DNA from: Thermodesulfobacteriota bacterium
GTDB lineage: Bacteria > Desulfobacterota_D > UBA1144 > Nemesobacterales > UBA2774
Direction: 5' to 3'
Length of the DNA stretch: 64,000 bases
NCBI GenBank assembly: GCA_965223335.1
Contig: OZ244991.1
Location: 1,216,001 to 1,280,000 of the forward strand
The translations under genes were made by a program, and so were the position numbers. Below the pieces are notes generated by a model. The model saw nothing but the letters and a program-made list of their open reading frames with translations. It made no database searches and was not told where the DNA came from. How positions within the stretch are numbered: the stretch's first letter is position 1; each line of letters opens with the position of its first letter. Below, one piece after another: positions 48,397-58,734 of this stretch.

Positions 48397-49704
48397 TCAT
48401 TTCTCAAACGGGTCCGGGATGTCGGGGTGCCATATGTGAAAGTGGTTTTTATGGTTTTCGGTATACGCCCCCTCGGGGTAGTACTCGTCATAGAAGTCCA
48501 GGTCGAGGTGGTGGGCCTGTACCATAAACCTTAGAAACATGGGGTCGGAAAATGCGGGGAACCGCCCGTAGGTATCGTATACATAGTTACATATATCCTT
48601 TACTACCTGGATCTCTTCTTTGCTCGGCCTCTCTACCTCTTGGAGCACGCCCTCGGGGTTTTTATAGGGCATGGTGTGGGATTCCCAGTTGCTCCATTTC
48701 ATATCGTTAAAGGCTTCTACGGCCTCGCCCATATCTTTGTAGTAGGGAGGGCAAAATGCCTGAAACAACCCGTCTTTACCCACAGCTACAGGGTTGGGAT
48801 TGCCAGTGTCACCCTTGGTTTCAGGAGTTATAAACCTAAAACCCAGCCCTTTATTAAAAGGAGTGCCGCCGAGCATAAACATGCTGGCGAAACCGCTAAA
48901 GAGCCATCCGCCGAGACCAAGCGCCTGGAGTGTGAGAACCATGTTTTGCCCCATAAACGCCTGCTCTGCGATATAGCCGTTCGCAAACCTGAGCTCTGCC
49001 TCGATAAGCGGCATTCTCTTGGAGGGGTCCAAGAACCCTTTGTCGAGCCAGCCTTGAGTGCCGGGGGGTCTAAGACCGTGGAGCTCATCCACAAAGTTAA
49101 ACCTGTGGTCGGGGCGCATATAAAAGAAGTAAAGGTTGATAATGCAGGCAGACAGATCAGTAACCGGCATAAAGAGCGTTGTGCCGGGCTTGTTCACGTT
49201 CCAAAGGTTATGTGCCGCGATGCCTGGGGGTTTAGAAGGAAGGTCGGCCCGGTTGTCTTCGAGTTTAATCTTGGATGCCTGAAACAGTTCGAGTATTTTC
49301 TCTACCCTTTTCTCACGACTAAGCCCCTCGAGACCCTTAAAATCCTCGGGTTGCTTGTCGTGCATTTTGATCATGTAAGTGCCTTCATCGTTTGTGTAGA
49401 ATAGCTCTGTGCGGTGGACGTCGCCAAGTGCAGGGATGGTTTTACTGGTAAATTGCATTTCTAGGTCTAGGCCAACGTGGGGTGGGAAATCGGATAGGTT
49501 TATGTTCTTTATCCCAAGCCCGTTCCATACGATGATGGCTTCTTCGAGTTCCGAGAGGGGTACAGAGTTGTGCTTGGATTTGTATTTGAGCGGGCCCTTT
49601 TCAATCTCCATCCCGAGGCCGAATCGTCGGGATCGCCTTTGGAACACTGCATCCATAAACTTGTAATCAACTGCGACGTCTAAACCCGGTGGAAACTTTG
49701 CCAT
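48397..49704 (-). CDS. Uncharacterised protein with nitroreductase-like signatures
   Basis: 435-aa ORF with AGGAG SD, N-terminal RRSRRF, PLSELEEA and QN..L..QALGLGGW. Confidence 0.7.
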   Translation of the reverse strand: MAKFPPGLDVAVDYKFMDAVFQRRSRRFGLGMEIEKGPLKYKSKHNSVPLSELEEAIIVWNGLGIKNINLSDFPPHVGLDLEMQFTSKTIPALGDVHRTELFYTNDEGTYMIKMHDKQPEDFKGLEGLSREKRVEKILELFQASKIKLEDNRADLPSKPPGIAAHNLWNVNKPGTTLFMPVTDLSACIINLYFFYMRPDHRFNFVDELHGLRPPGTQGWLDKGFLDPSKRMPLIEAELRFANGYIAEQAFMGQNMVLTLQALGLGGWLFSGFASMFMLGGTPFNKGLGFRFITPETKGDTGNPNPVAVGKDGLFQAFCPPYYKDMGEAVEAFNDMKWSNWESHTMPYKNPEGVLQEVERPSKEEIQVVKDICNYVYDTYGRFPAFSDPMFLRFMVQAHHLDLDFYDEYYPEGAYTENHKNHFHIWHPDIPDPFEK

Positions 49705-49833
49705 CTCTAGGTGTTTCTCCTCTTTGGAATTTGGAACTTAAGTTTATCAAAAATGGATACTTTAGCCAAATTAAGTTGTTAATGTATAAATTGTGACTGG
49801 AAACAATGTGTTTCATCCATATACTTTTAATTG

Positions 49834-50562
49834 ATGAGTGCTGAGATTCGTAATACAGGTTTAGTAATTGCGGGATATGGATTTTTAAAGAATCTTCATG
49901 TTATTTCTGCGGCCTTGATATGCCTAGTTTTAGTAGGCTGTGCTTATGGGCAGCGCAATGTAATCACCGAGATCCCCGTGCCCTCAACCGCTGTTCACGA
50001 GAGTGAGGACGGGGTAGTCATTAGAGTGGCTGCATCGTCTTGGGCAGGGGAGCCCAGGAACCTGTACAATTTCGTTTTGCCCATGCGAATCGAGATCACC
50101 AATAATACAGATGAAATAATTCTAACCAGCATAAGCGATATTGTATTAATCGACGAATTCAACACACAGTACAACCCCCTTGCGCCTACCATAGTCTCCG
50201 AGATTATTAATGCCGAGGGCAGCTCAGGATTCTCGCCTACTTTTTCGATAGGGATCGGAGGGGGGTATTACGGTGGGGGATACTATTCGGATTTTAGCCC
50301 ATACGGGTTCTTTACATATTACCCTGTGGGCTCTCCCTATGACTATTACGCCCCACAGTACGAAAACACTCAAGACGTTTACACAGAGGCACTAATACCC
50401 GGACCCGTGTACCCCGATGCCACAATTTCCGGGTTTGTATACTTCAAGAACATACCGGTGGAAGTAGACAGTTTCTCTTTGGATATAGGTTATAGGATCG
50501 AGGGCCGCGACGAGAGACGAGTGCTTAGTTTCCCTTTTACAATGCAGCCGGTTAGTTACTAG
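49834..50562 (+). CDS. Lipoprotein of unknown function with Tyr/Gly-rich insert
   Basis: Lipobox LVGC; beta-sandwich-like pattern I.N.T....L.D....Y....PG....GFVYF. Confidence 0.75.
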   Translation: MSAEIRNTGLVIAGYGFLKNLHVISAALICLVLVGCAYGQRNVITEIPVPSTAVHESEDGVVIRVAASSWAGEPRNLYNFVLPMRIEITNNTDEIILTSISDIVLIDEFNTQYNPLAPTIVSEIINAEGSSGFSPTFSIGIGGGYYGGGYYSDFSPYGFFTYYPVGSPYDYYAPQYENTQDVYTEALIPGPVYPDATISGFVYFKNIPVEVDSFSLDIGYRIEGRDERRVLSFPFTMQPVSY

Positions 50563-51628
50563 ATGTTCTTAGCTTCTCGTATAGCTCTTTTTGTTCAGGG
50601 GTTGGTTTCTTGGGGATGTTTACCCGCACTGTGACGTAGATGTCACCTCTTCGCCCCGATCTAAAGACAGGGAGGCCTTCGTTTGCAAGCCTAAGTGTTG
50701 TCCCGGGCTGTGTACCGGGGGGAATTTTAACCTCAACACTACCGGTTAGTGTCTCTATATCAATGCTCGTGCCGAGCACAGCATCGGGGATCTCGATTTG
50801 CTCAATCCTGTGCAGATGCTCTCCTCTTCTTTCAAACCTAGGGTCTTTTTCTGTGGAGACTACTACGTATAGCGAGCCTGGGATGGAACCGGGTTGTGAG
50901 TTTGAATGGCCCTCGCCATCGAGTCTAAGAGCTGTGTTTTCTGCAATCCCGGGTGGTATATTGATCTCCATGCTGCGTTTTTGCTCAATAATGCCCTTAC
51001 CGCTGCAAGTAGTGCAGGGGTCCTTAATAACCGAGCCGCGGCCAAAGCAGGTTTGGCAGGTTGCGATCTGTTGCAGCGTGACACCGTGTTGCTGAATGGT
51101 GTGTACCTGCTGACCGCTTCCGTTACATGTTTCGCAGGTCACGGGCTTCGTGCCTTCTTTTGCTCCCGTACCTTCACAGCTGCCGCAGTTTTCCATGCGT
51201 TGATAGTGGACGGTTTCCTCGCCCCCGGTGAGTATGCGTTTTAACGGTACAGTGATTTGAGTCTCTATGTTGCCACCCCTAGCCGGTCCCCTCTGTTGGC
51301 TGAATCCAAATAGGTCGCTAAAGATGCTACCGAACCCCCCGCCCCCAAAGATGTCGTTGAAGTTAATCCCGCCGTATATGTCTTCGGCCGACATGCCCTC
51401 GAGCCCTGCAAATCCCCCACGGTTATAGCGAGATCTGGTTTCGGGGTCGGACAACACCCCGTAAGCCTCGGAGAGCTCCTTAAACTTGTCTTCCGCCTGG
51501 GGGTCGTCTTGATTGTGGTCGGGGTGGTACTGCATCGCAAGGCGTCTGTATGCTTTTTTAATCTCTTGCTCGCTTGCGTCTCTAGATACGCCGAGCACTT
51601 CGTAGTAGTCGCGTTTTTGGTTGGACAT
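50552..51628 (-). CDS. dnaJ: Class A J-domain co-chaperone
   Basis: [11 protein letters not shown], a G/F-rich region, four CxxCxGxG repeats and the C-terminal domain; not next to dnaK/grpE. Confidence 0.92.
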   Translation of the reverse strand: MSNQKRDYYEVLGVSRDASEQEIKKAYRRLAMQYHPDHNQDDPQAEDKFKELSEAYGVLSDPETRSRYNRGGFAGLEGMSAEDIYGGINFNDIFGGGGFGSIFSDLFGFSQQRGPARGGNIETQITVPLKRILTGGEETVHYQRMENCGSCEGTGAKEGTKPVTCETCNGSGQQVHTIQQHGVTLQQIATCQTCFGRGSVIKDPCTTCSGKGIIEQKRSMEINIPPGIAENTALRLDGEGHSNSQPGSIPGSLYVVVSTEKDPRFERRGEHLHRIEQIEIPDAVLGTSIDIETLTGSVEVKIPPGTQPGTTLRLANEGLPVFRSGRRGDIYVTVRVNIPKKPTPEQKELYEKLRTSSN

Positions 51629-51927
51629 CTAAATTTTCTCCGGGGAACTGTATATATAGATATATATTGCATATTCGGCGTTTGGCAAGTAACGGATCGT
51701 GAAAATTATCAAATAAGGTGAAGTCAGTTCTCCTGAGTTCCGGTATAATATTGAGATTAGGCAGAACATGTAGTGGATGCAAAGAGAAATACATAAGGAG
51801 CAATGCTGAAGCCACTTTATACGAGTCACGCTGTGTAGAAGACAGTGTTTAGAGTATTTAGATCTATATGATAATATGTATCCAGTAATATAAGGTAGAA
51901 GGTGAAGATAGAAGGGAGGACGAGCAT

Positions 51928-53568
51928 ATGGTTTTGTTTTCAGGTTTGCGGGGAATTACAGGTGTAGTATTAGTATTTTTTATCGCAATGGGCACAATTG
52001 GCGGGTGCGGGGGATCGGGCTCGAACACAGGCAATAACGGTGCGCCCAAGATAGTATTCAGCTTCCAGGATGTTACTTCACTAGCGGGTTTTAACTATTC
52101 TCACGGCTATATATCGGGGCAGCCTCAGGGTGAGTTTCAACTAATAGCGGGTGGAGTGGCAGCGGGGGATTACGATAATGACGGCTGGATAGACCTATAT
52201 GCCATTCGCGGCGATATTGGGCCGAACCTGTTATTTAGGAACTTGGGCAACGGTACATTTGCAGAGGTGGGTGCCAATGCAGGTGTTGATCTAAACGGTA
52301 TATTGGGCTCGGGACCTTTGTTTTGGGATTATGACGGTGACGGCTACCTGGACCTTTTTGTAGGCGGGTTAAACAGCAATGCCGTAACACTGTTTCGTAA
52401 TATTAAAAACGGTAAGTTCGAGGTCGTAGAAAACAATGCGGGGCTGGCGATCACAAGGGCAATCACCATGTCTGCCGCGTGCGGTGACTATGACAACGAT
52501 AATGATATCGACCTGTTTGCAGCACACTGGGGTAGCGGGGCTGTCACAGGCGGGACTTCATCAGAACACCTATGGATGAACAACGGCAACTCTACTTTTA
52601 CTGATGTGAGTGTGTCGTCCGGGATTACGGCATCCTACACAGGTTTCATAGACTTTACATTCACGCCTAATTTTACCGATATTAATAACGACGGGTTCAA
52701 AGATATATTGATAGCTTCAGATTTCGGTACAAGTGCGGTATTTACCAATCAGGGTAACGGGACATTCCAGGACACCACCACAATCGTAATTTCGGATGAA
52801 AACGGTATGGGCGGGGCTGTGGGTGATTATGATAACGACGGTGATATGGACTGGTTTGTATCGAGTATTTTAGACGAGGACGGTGTGTCTGAGGGTAACT
52901 GGGGTATTACAGGAAACAGGCTCTATAGAAATGACGGAGGCGCATTTTCGGATGTTACGGAACAGTCGGGTGTTCGTCACGGGTACTGGGGCTGGGGCAG
53001 CTGCTTTGCCGATTTTGATAACGACGGCTACCTGGACATTGCGCACGTAAACGGTTTCGGGTTCCCACCCGACGGTGGGATTGCCGGCGATTATTTTGCG
53101 GACCCGACAAGGTTGTTTATGTCTAACGGAAACGGCACATTCACGGAAAAGGCATTTGATCTGGGCTTAATAGAAACTGGGCAGGGCCGCGGGATAGTGT
53201 GTTTCGACTACGATAAAGACGGCGACATCGATATGTTTATAGCCAACAATGACCAGCCGCCCAGTCTGTTTCGTAATAACGGCGGGAACCAAAACAACTA
53301 TATCAGCATCACTTTAAACGGCATGGCCCCCAACACGCAGGGAATAGGTGCACTGATCGAGGTGACTACGGGCGGGACTACTCAGACCCGTGAGGTCCGC
53401 TGCGGTAGTAACTTTGTTTCTCAGGACCCGGCATTGGCCCATTTCGGGTTGGGTGAGAGCATAGGCATAGACACGCTAAAGGTAAATTGGCCCGACGGGC
53501 AGACCACGACGTTACAGAATGTAGCACCTAATCAGTATCTGGTAATTGATCACCCGGGGGTTCTTTGA
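51928..53568 (+). CDS. CRTAC1-like lipoprotein (FG-GAP repeats plus ASPIC/UnbV domain)
   Basis: Repeated D[YF]DNDG..D motifs, L..N.G.G.F, C-terminal HFGLG and V.WP.G; lipobox IGGC. Confidence 0.9.
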   Translation: MVLFSGLRGITGVVLVFFIAMGTIGGCGGSGSNTGNNGAPKIVFSFQDVTSLAGFNYSHGYISGQPQGEFQLIAGGVAAGDYDNDGWIDLYAIRGDIGPNLLFRNLGNGTFAEVGANAGVDLNGILGSGPLFWDYDGDGYLDLFVGGLNSNAVTLFRNIKNGKFEVVENNAGLAITRAITMSAACGDYDNDNDIDLFAAHWGSGAVTGGTSSEHLWMNNGNSTFTDVSVSSGITASYTGFIDFTFTPNFTDINNDGFKDILIASDFGTSAVFTNQGNGTFQDTTTIVISDENGMGGAVGDYDNDGDMDWFVSSILDEDGVSEGNWGITGNRLYRNDGGAFSDVTEQSGVRHGYWGWGSCFADFDNDGYLDIAHVNGFGFPPDGGIAGDYFADPTRLFMSNGNGTFTEKAFDLGLIETGQGRGIVCFDYDKDGDIDMFIANNDQPPSLFRNNGGNQNNYISITLNGMAPNTQGIGALIEVTTGGTTQTREVRCGSNFVSQDPALAHFGLGESIGIDTLKVNWPDGQTTTLQNVAPNQYLVIDHPGVL

Positions 53569-53606
53569 TGGATACGGTTGGTAAGTAGGCGGGTATCATT
53601 TAGTGT

Positions 53607-54437
53607 ATGGATACGATAAGTATTTTGGGTTGCGGCTGGTTGGGGCTGCCTCTTGCCAAGAGGTTTATTGCCGAGGGTTACCGTGTAAAGGGTTCTACTG
53701 CTACTGAGGATAAACTCTCGCTTCTTAAAAACGAAGGCATAGATGCCAGCCATCTAGTTCTCGACCCGTATCTGAGGGGAGGGGATTTAGAAGGGTTTTT
53801 TAATACCGACATCCTTATAGTTAACTTCCCACCAGAGCGCCGCCCGGACATTGTCGAGTACCACCAAACCCAGATTTTATCATTGATCGATTTTGTAGAA
53901 GCTCATAGCAATCTTGATAAAATACTGTATGTAAGCTCGACCTCCGTGTATCCGAATGTAAACAGGGAGGTGAGTGAGGATGAGGAACTTGAGCCGGATA
54001 AGCTCTCGGGGAAAGCGCTTAGGAATGTAGAGAACATACTGCTTGCCAGCCAAAATTTTAAGACCACAGTTATAAGGTTTTCGGGCTTGATCGGTTATGA
54101 CAGGATGCCCGGGAGGTTTTTGGCAGGCAAAAAGGCAGTTGCTAATGCCGATGCCCCGGTAAACCTTATTCACCGGGACGACTGCATAAATATAATATCC
54201 AGGGTGATCGAAAGAGAAGTTTGGGGCGAGGTGCTAAACGCGAGTTCAGATACACACCCCACAAGACAGGACTTCTATGTAAACGAGGCTAGGAAATTAG
54301 GCCTAGAACCGCCCATGTTTACAGATATGGACGAGTTTAAATACAAGATCGTGAAAAACAATAAATTAAAGACTCTTCTCGACTATAGCTTCATACACCC
54401 TGATCCTGCAGTAATTATAGAAGAACAAACCGAATAA
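53607..54437 (+). CDS. Atypical SDR/NAD(P)-binding epimerase (YeeZ-like)
   Basis: ILGCGWLG.PLA, SSTSVY, R..GL.G..R.PGRF and VNLIHR.D. Confidence 0.88.
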   Translation: MDTISILGCGWLGLPLAKRFIAEGYRVKGSTATEDKLSLLKNEGIDASHLVLDPYLRGGDLEGFFNTDILIVNFPPERRPDIVEYHQTQILSLIDFVEAHSNLDKILYVSSTSVYPNVNREVSEDEELEPDKLSGKALRNVENILLASQNFKTTVIRFSGLIGYDRMPGRFLAGKKAVANADAPVNLIHRDDCINIISRVIEREVWGEVLNASSDTHPTRQDFYVNEARKLGLEPPMFTDMDEFKYKIVKNNKLKTLLDYSFIHPDPAVIIEEQTE

Positions 54438-54712
54438 ATTGCTGGTTATACTAGGGTGGGGGGAATGTAGAAATTGGAAATAATGACTGTTGGGTTATAA
54501 TTACCTCATAATAGAGAAACCGATATTAAACAACAATAAATCTATTTGTCTAAGGTCTGCAGGTGACCTTATAGAAAGTATATTTGTGCATACCTCCCGC
54601 AATGTTTTGTATCTGCAAATTAAATCTACTAGATGTATCATTATTGATAAATTGCGCATAGATCATAGTTAAAAACCACCGAAAGGTTAAGGAGGCATAC
54701 ACCATTTCAAAC

Positions 54713-55690
54713 ATGCAGCAACAGACCAGATCGAATACAGAGCCGGTAACAACCACAGAGCTTAACTTCGATGACAACGGAGCCGTGAAGCAGCTCTACG
54801 GGGAGCATAACGAAAACCTAAAGGAAATGGAGAGCTTCTTTGGGATCGAGATCAATTCGAGGGGCGCTAAATTAAACCTGAGAGGGGACGAAAAAGGGGT
54901 CCGGTCTGCAGAAAAATTTCTCCAGCAGATCTATGAGCTGATTGAAAAAGGCTATGCACTTGACCCCGGTGATATAGAGCTTGCTGCGAGGGTGGTGCTG
55001 GACGGGAAAATGGCGCTTGAGGACATATTTCTCGACACAGTGTGTGTGTCTACCAGAAAGCGCATTATAGCTCCCAAGAGTCTGGCGCAGAAGTTATATA
55101 TAGACGCTATAAGAAAGAACGATATAGTATTTGGCATAGGGCCTGCGGGTACCGGTAAGACCTACCTGGCAATGGCCATGGCGGTGTCTTCGTTTATGAA
55201 CAGGGAGGTTAACCGTATTATTCTTACGCGCCCTGCGGTCGAGGCCGGGGAGAAGTTGGGTTACCTGCCGGGGGACCTTCAACAGAAGGTGGACCCTTAC
55301 CTAAGACCCCTACTCGATGCACTCTATGATATGATGGACTATGAAAAGGCTACGCGTCTAATAGATAAAGGCGGGATAGAGATTGCACCGCTCGCATATA
55401 TGCGTGGGAGGACCTTGAACGACGCGTTTATAATATTGGATGAGGCACAGAACACGACCTCTACGCAGATGAAGATGTTTCTTACCCGGCTTGGGTTCAA
55501 TTCGAAAACCATTGTGACAGGCGACACAACACAGATCGACCTCGACACCGACAACAAATCGGGTCTTTTGGACGCAGAAGGTGTGGTGAACGATATAGAG
55601 GGCATTGAGTTTGTCTATTTTTCAAAAAGCGACGTTGTGCGTCACCCTCTTGTCAGGCATATAATAAGTGCATATGAGAAAGTAGATTAA
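54713..55690 (+). CDS. phoH: PhoH family ATPase
   Basis: GPAGTGKTYLA, RPAVEAGE.LG.LPG, PLAYMRGRTL, DEAQN, GD.TQ.DL and DVVRH. Confidence 0.93.
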   Translation: MQQQTRSNTEPVTTTELNFDDNGAVKQLYGEHNENLKEMESFFGIEINSRGAKLNLRGDEKGVRSAEKFLQQIYELIEKGYALDPGDIELAARVVLDGKMALEDIFLDTVCVSTRKRIIAPKSLAQKLYIDAIRKNDIVFGIGPAGTGKTYLAMAMAVSSFMNREVNRIILTRPAVEAGEKLGYLPGDLQQKVDPYLRPLLDALYDMMDYEKATRLIDKGGIEIAPLAYMRGRTLNDAFIILDEAQNTTSTQMKMFLTRLGFNSKTIVTGDTTQIDLDTDNKSGLLDAEGVVNDIEGIEFVYFSKSDVVRHPLVRHIISAYEKVD

Positions 55691-55732
55691 TTTCGTGCTA
55701 ACATATAGTAACGGTACTGTTCGGAGGAACGA

Positions 55733-56185
55733 ATGATAAGGATCGCACTCATAACACTGACTTTAATCCCCATGCTATTGATTGTGGGCTGTAATAGAAC
55801 GTGGCAGGATCCCAACACCTCGCTGCCTGCCCAAAGCGTGAGCATACCGGATCTACTTACAAATAAAAACGCTTATGAGAGTGCAGGTGTAATTGTAATT
55901 GGGAAAATTTGGGACCTTACCCATGAGACGTTCGAAGTGGGTGAGAATAGGGAGTTGGTCGATTATACGATTTTTACATTAGCTGATCGCAAGGGTGTAG
56001 GTGTGAACGTATATGTGCCGAGCGATGTGCCTCTTGTTGAGGGGAATTACGTTCGTGTTGTGGGTGTGTACAGGCGTGAATTCGAGACCGAGTATCACAA
56101 TTTTACAAATAGGATAGAGGCTGTGAGGCTTGAGAACTGGCACCCTGGATTAGGTTATTGGATACGTGAATATGAGTTCGACTGA
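55733..56185 (+). CDS. Lipoprotein, probable OB-fold
   Basis: Lipobox IVGC, pattern V.V.G.I...F.L.D.....V........EG..V.V.G.Y and a GGAGG SD. Confidence 0.72.
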   Translation: MIRIALITLTLIPMLLIVGCNRTWQDPNTSLPAQSVSIPDLLTNKNAYESAGVIVIGKIWDLTHETFEVGENRELVDYTIFTLADRKGVGVNVYVPSDVPLVEGNYVRVVGVYRREFETEYHNFTNRIEAVRLENWHPGLGYWIREYEFD

Positions 56186-56196
56186 AGTAGGTCCTT

Positions 56197-57486
56197 CTAT
56201 AGAATATCCCGCATGAAAATGATCTCGTCGCGCGATGGTCCTAGCGAGACCATAGAGATCGGTGTCTTGGTAACTTCCTCTACCTTTTTTAAATAATCCC
56301 TGGCTTGCGAGGGCAGGTCTTCATAAGTGCGTATGTTGGAGATGTCTTTGTCCCACCCCTCTAGCTCCTCGTATACGGGGGTTGAGTTTGCGAGTATCTC
56401 GTTGCTGGTGGGGAAGTCTGTTAGAGTGTTGCCGTTATGATTGTACGAGACACAAATCTTTATGGAATCGAACCCTGAGAGGACGTCTAGTTTTGTAAGT
56501 GCAATGTGTGAGACACCGTTTATCATGGCTGCGTAGCGAAACGCTACTGCATCGAACCACCCGCAGCGCCGCTGTCTGCCGGTTGTGGCCCCGTACTCCC
56601 CCCCAAGCTCCCTAAGTTTTTCGCCAAGCTCGCCCTCGATCTCTGTGGGGAAAGGGCCCTCTCCCACACGGGTTGTGTAGGCCTTGGCCACACCAAGTAT
56701 TGTATCAATTTTAGTAGGGCTTACTCCGGTACCAGTGGATGCCCCGCCTGAGCTTGCACTGGATGATGTAACAAATGGATAGGTGCCAAAATCTATGTCT
56801 AGTAACGCCCCCTGGGCACCCTCGAATAGAATGTTCTTGCCCTTGTTAATTACGGTGTTAAGCAGAGTGGATGAATCGGTTATAAATGGAGAGATTTTCC
56901 GTCCGTATTCGATGTACTGATCGTATATCTCTTCTAGGCTTAGGGTGTTGCCACCTAAGACCTTGGCGATGTATTGGTTTCTGTCCTCTAAGATATCGGG
57001 GAGTCTTTCTCTAAGGAGTTTTGGATCGGCTATGTCTGCTACTCGTATCCCTCTGCGAGCAGCCTTATCTTCGTATACGGGTCCTATCCCTCTGCCTGTG
57101 GTCCCGATTTTGCGGTTGCCCCTCTTTTCTTCACGAGCCCGGTCGATCTCACGGTGATAGGGCATGATTACATGTGCTCTGTCGCTTATCTTTAGATTGC
57201 TGCCGTCCACTCGGTACCCGGCGGATTTAAGTGTGTCTATTTCACCAAGCAGTACGTTTGGGTCTATAACCACACCGTTTCCTATAACCGATATCTTGCC
57301 TTCCCTGAGTATGCCCGAGGGTATGTGGTGGAGGATTATGGTTTGGTCGCCGATAACAATTGTGTGGCCGGCGTTGTTACCGCCCTGGTAACGCACTATG
57401 GCGTATACGTCTTCGGCGATGAGGTCTACGATGCGTCCTTTGCCCTCATCTCCCCACTGAGTCCCGATAACTACTACGTTTGGCAT
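56197..57486 (-). CDS. purA: Adenylosuccinate synthetase
   Basis: QWGDEGKG, GG.NAGHT, IGTT.RGIGP, EGAQG, KAY.TRVG.GPFPTE and TTGR.RRCGW; ATG at 57486. Confidence 0.97.
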   Translation of the reverse strand: MPNVVVIGTQWGDEGKGRIVDLIAEDVYAIVRYQGGNNAGHTIVIGDQTIILHHIPSGILREGKISVIGNGVVIDPNVLLGEIDTLKSAGYRVDGSNLKISDRAHVIMPYHREIDRAREEKRGNRKIGTTGRGIGPVYEDKAARRGIRVADIADPKLLRERLPDILEDRNQYIAKVLGGNTLSLEEIYDQYIEYGRKISPFITDSSTLLNTVINKGKNILFEGAQGALLDIDFGTYPFVTSSSASSGGASTGTGVSPTKIDTILGVAKAYTTRVGEGPFPTEIEGELGEKLRELGGEYGATTGRQRRCGWFDAVAFRYAAMINGVSHIALTKLDVLSGFDSIKICVSYNHNGNTLTDFPTSNEILANSTPVYEELEGWDKDISNIRTYEDLPSQARDYLKKVEEVTKTPISMVSLGPSRDEIIFMRDIL

Positions 57487-57488
57487 TC

Positions 57489-58733
57489 TCAGATCCCGCC
57501 TTTGAGTAACTCCTCGAGATTGGAAAACTCCTTGCACACCCCTTTTCTGGATTCGATTAATTTAAGCCTCCTAGGGGTTTCCAAGAGTATTACACCGTAA
57601 AAGTTAGCGGAGTTTTCACTTATTCTATAGTCTATCTGGTCCTGGTCTAAGTTAAGATCAAGCACTACCTTGAACCCGCTTGAGCGAAGCCACTCGGACA
57701 GGCGGATGGCCTCGGGCCTAAGCGCCTTTTTCTTGGGTATAACCACAAAATGTATCTGGTTGTTTTCAGTGTGTTTTTGAGTGATATTGAGTATGGGTTC
57801 AACATCCACTGCAAACCCTGTGGCAGGGGAATTGTATCCGTAGCGAGACATGAGCTCGTTGTACCTGCCCCCGGTTATAAGTGGGGTGGCCGTTTTGGGG
57901 GAGAGAATGTCGAACGTAACACCCGTGTAGTAGTTAAACCCTCTGAACTCGGCCAGGTCTATATTGATTTCACACGTGGGGTTGTAGTCTTTAAGTACAT
58001 TTAGAACGTTTTCAAGTTCCCGAATGTATTTACGGATGGATTTTATTTTTTTGGCTTCAGCAAGAACCTCAGTGGAACCAAAGAGCTCGGGCATGAGCAA
58101 AATCGCTTGTTTTGTACTCTTTGAGAGCTTTGATTTACGTATAGCACTCCTTAGTGCTTCGTGATCTTTTTTTTTAAGAGCCTCTTCTATCTCGGCTCTA
58201 CAGTCCCCGGTTTTTTCGAGCAGGTGTCTAAGTATGCCGGTGTGTCCGATATCGAGAATGATGTTTTTAATGCCCAGTCGGCCGAGCGATTTTACAGCCA
58301 GTGCCAAGATCTCGGCGTCAGACTCGGCACTGTCGAGACCCACCAGTTCGCAACCGACCTGGAAGACCTCCCTTTCCTTACCGCTGCCCTTTTCTTCGTA
58401 CCTTACTACCCGGCCGTTATAGCAGAGCCTAAGCGGAGTGGAGTGCTCGCTTAGCTGTGTAGCCACAATCCTGCCGATCTGGGGGGTTATGTCGGGCCTA
58501 AGCGCTACTATATCCCCGGTAGAGGGGTCGACGAATTTCATAACCTTGTTGCGGAGCTCGTCGCCTAGCCCCACATCTATGGTCTCCAAGTACTCAAATA
58601 GCGGAGTGATGACTCGTCTGTAACCCCAGCGTGCAAACTCCTCGAGCAAGCCGTCTTCTATCCTTCTTAACTCCTCGGCTTTTTCGAGTGTAAAGTCCTT
58701 AACCCCTTGGGGTAAATTGAGATGACCTGCCAT
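57489..58733 (-). CDS. hisZ: ATP phosphoribosyltransferase regulatory subunit
   Basis: LP.G..D, TP.FEY, LRPD.T.QI.R, R.CY, QVG.E, YYTG..F and GGRY..L; sits between serA and purA. Confidence 0.9.
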   Translation of the reverse strand: MAGHLNLPQGVKDFTLEKAEELRRIEDGLLEEFARWGYRRVITPLFEYLETIDVGLGDELRNKVMKFVDPSTGDIVALRPDITPQIGRIVATQLSEHSTPLRLCYNGRVVRYEEKGSGKEREVFQVGCELVGLDSAESDAEILALAVKSLGRLGIKNIILDIGHTGILRHLLEKTGDCRAEIEEALKKKDHEALRSAIRKSKLSKSTKQAILLMPELFGSTEVLAEAKKIKSIRKYIRELENVLNVLKDYNPTCEINIDLAEFRGFNYYTGVTFDILSPKTATPLITGGRYNELMSRYGYNSPATGFAVDVEPILNITQKHTENNQIHFVVIPKKKALRPEAIRLSEWLRSSGFKVVLDLNLDQDQIDYRISENSANFYGVILLETPRRLKLIESRKGVCKEFSNLEELLKGGI

Positions 58734-58734
58734 A

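Noticed and set aside
51629..51927. CIRCE element or small ORFs upstream of dnaJ
   Set aside because: No TTAGCACTC-N9-GAGTGCTAA; the short ORFs lack SD sites and motifs.
52160..53240. Recurring GAYAAYGAYGG repeats as a DNA repeat array or CRISPR
   Set aside because: These are coding FG-GAP (DxDxDG) repeats, degenerate at third codon positions.
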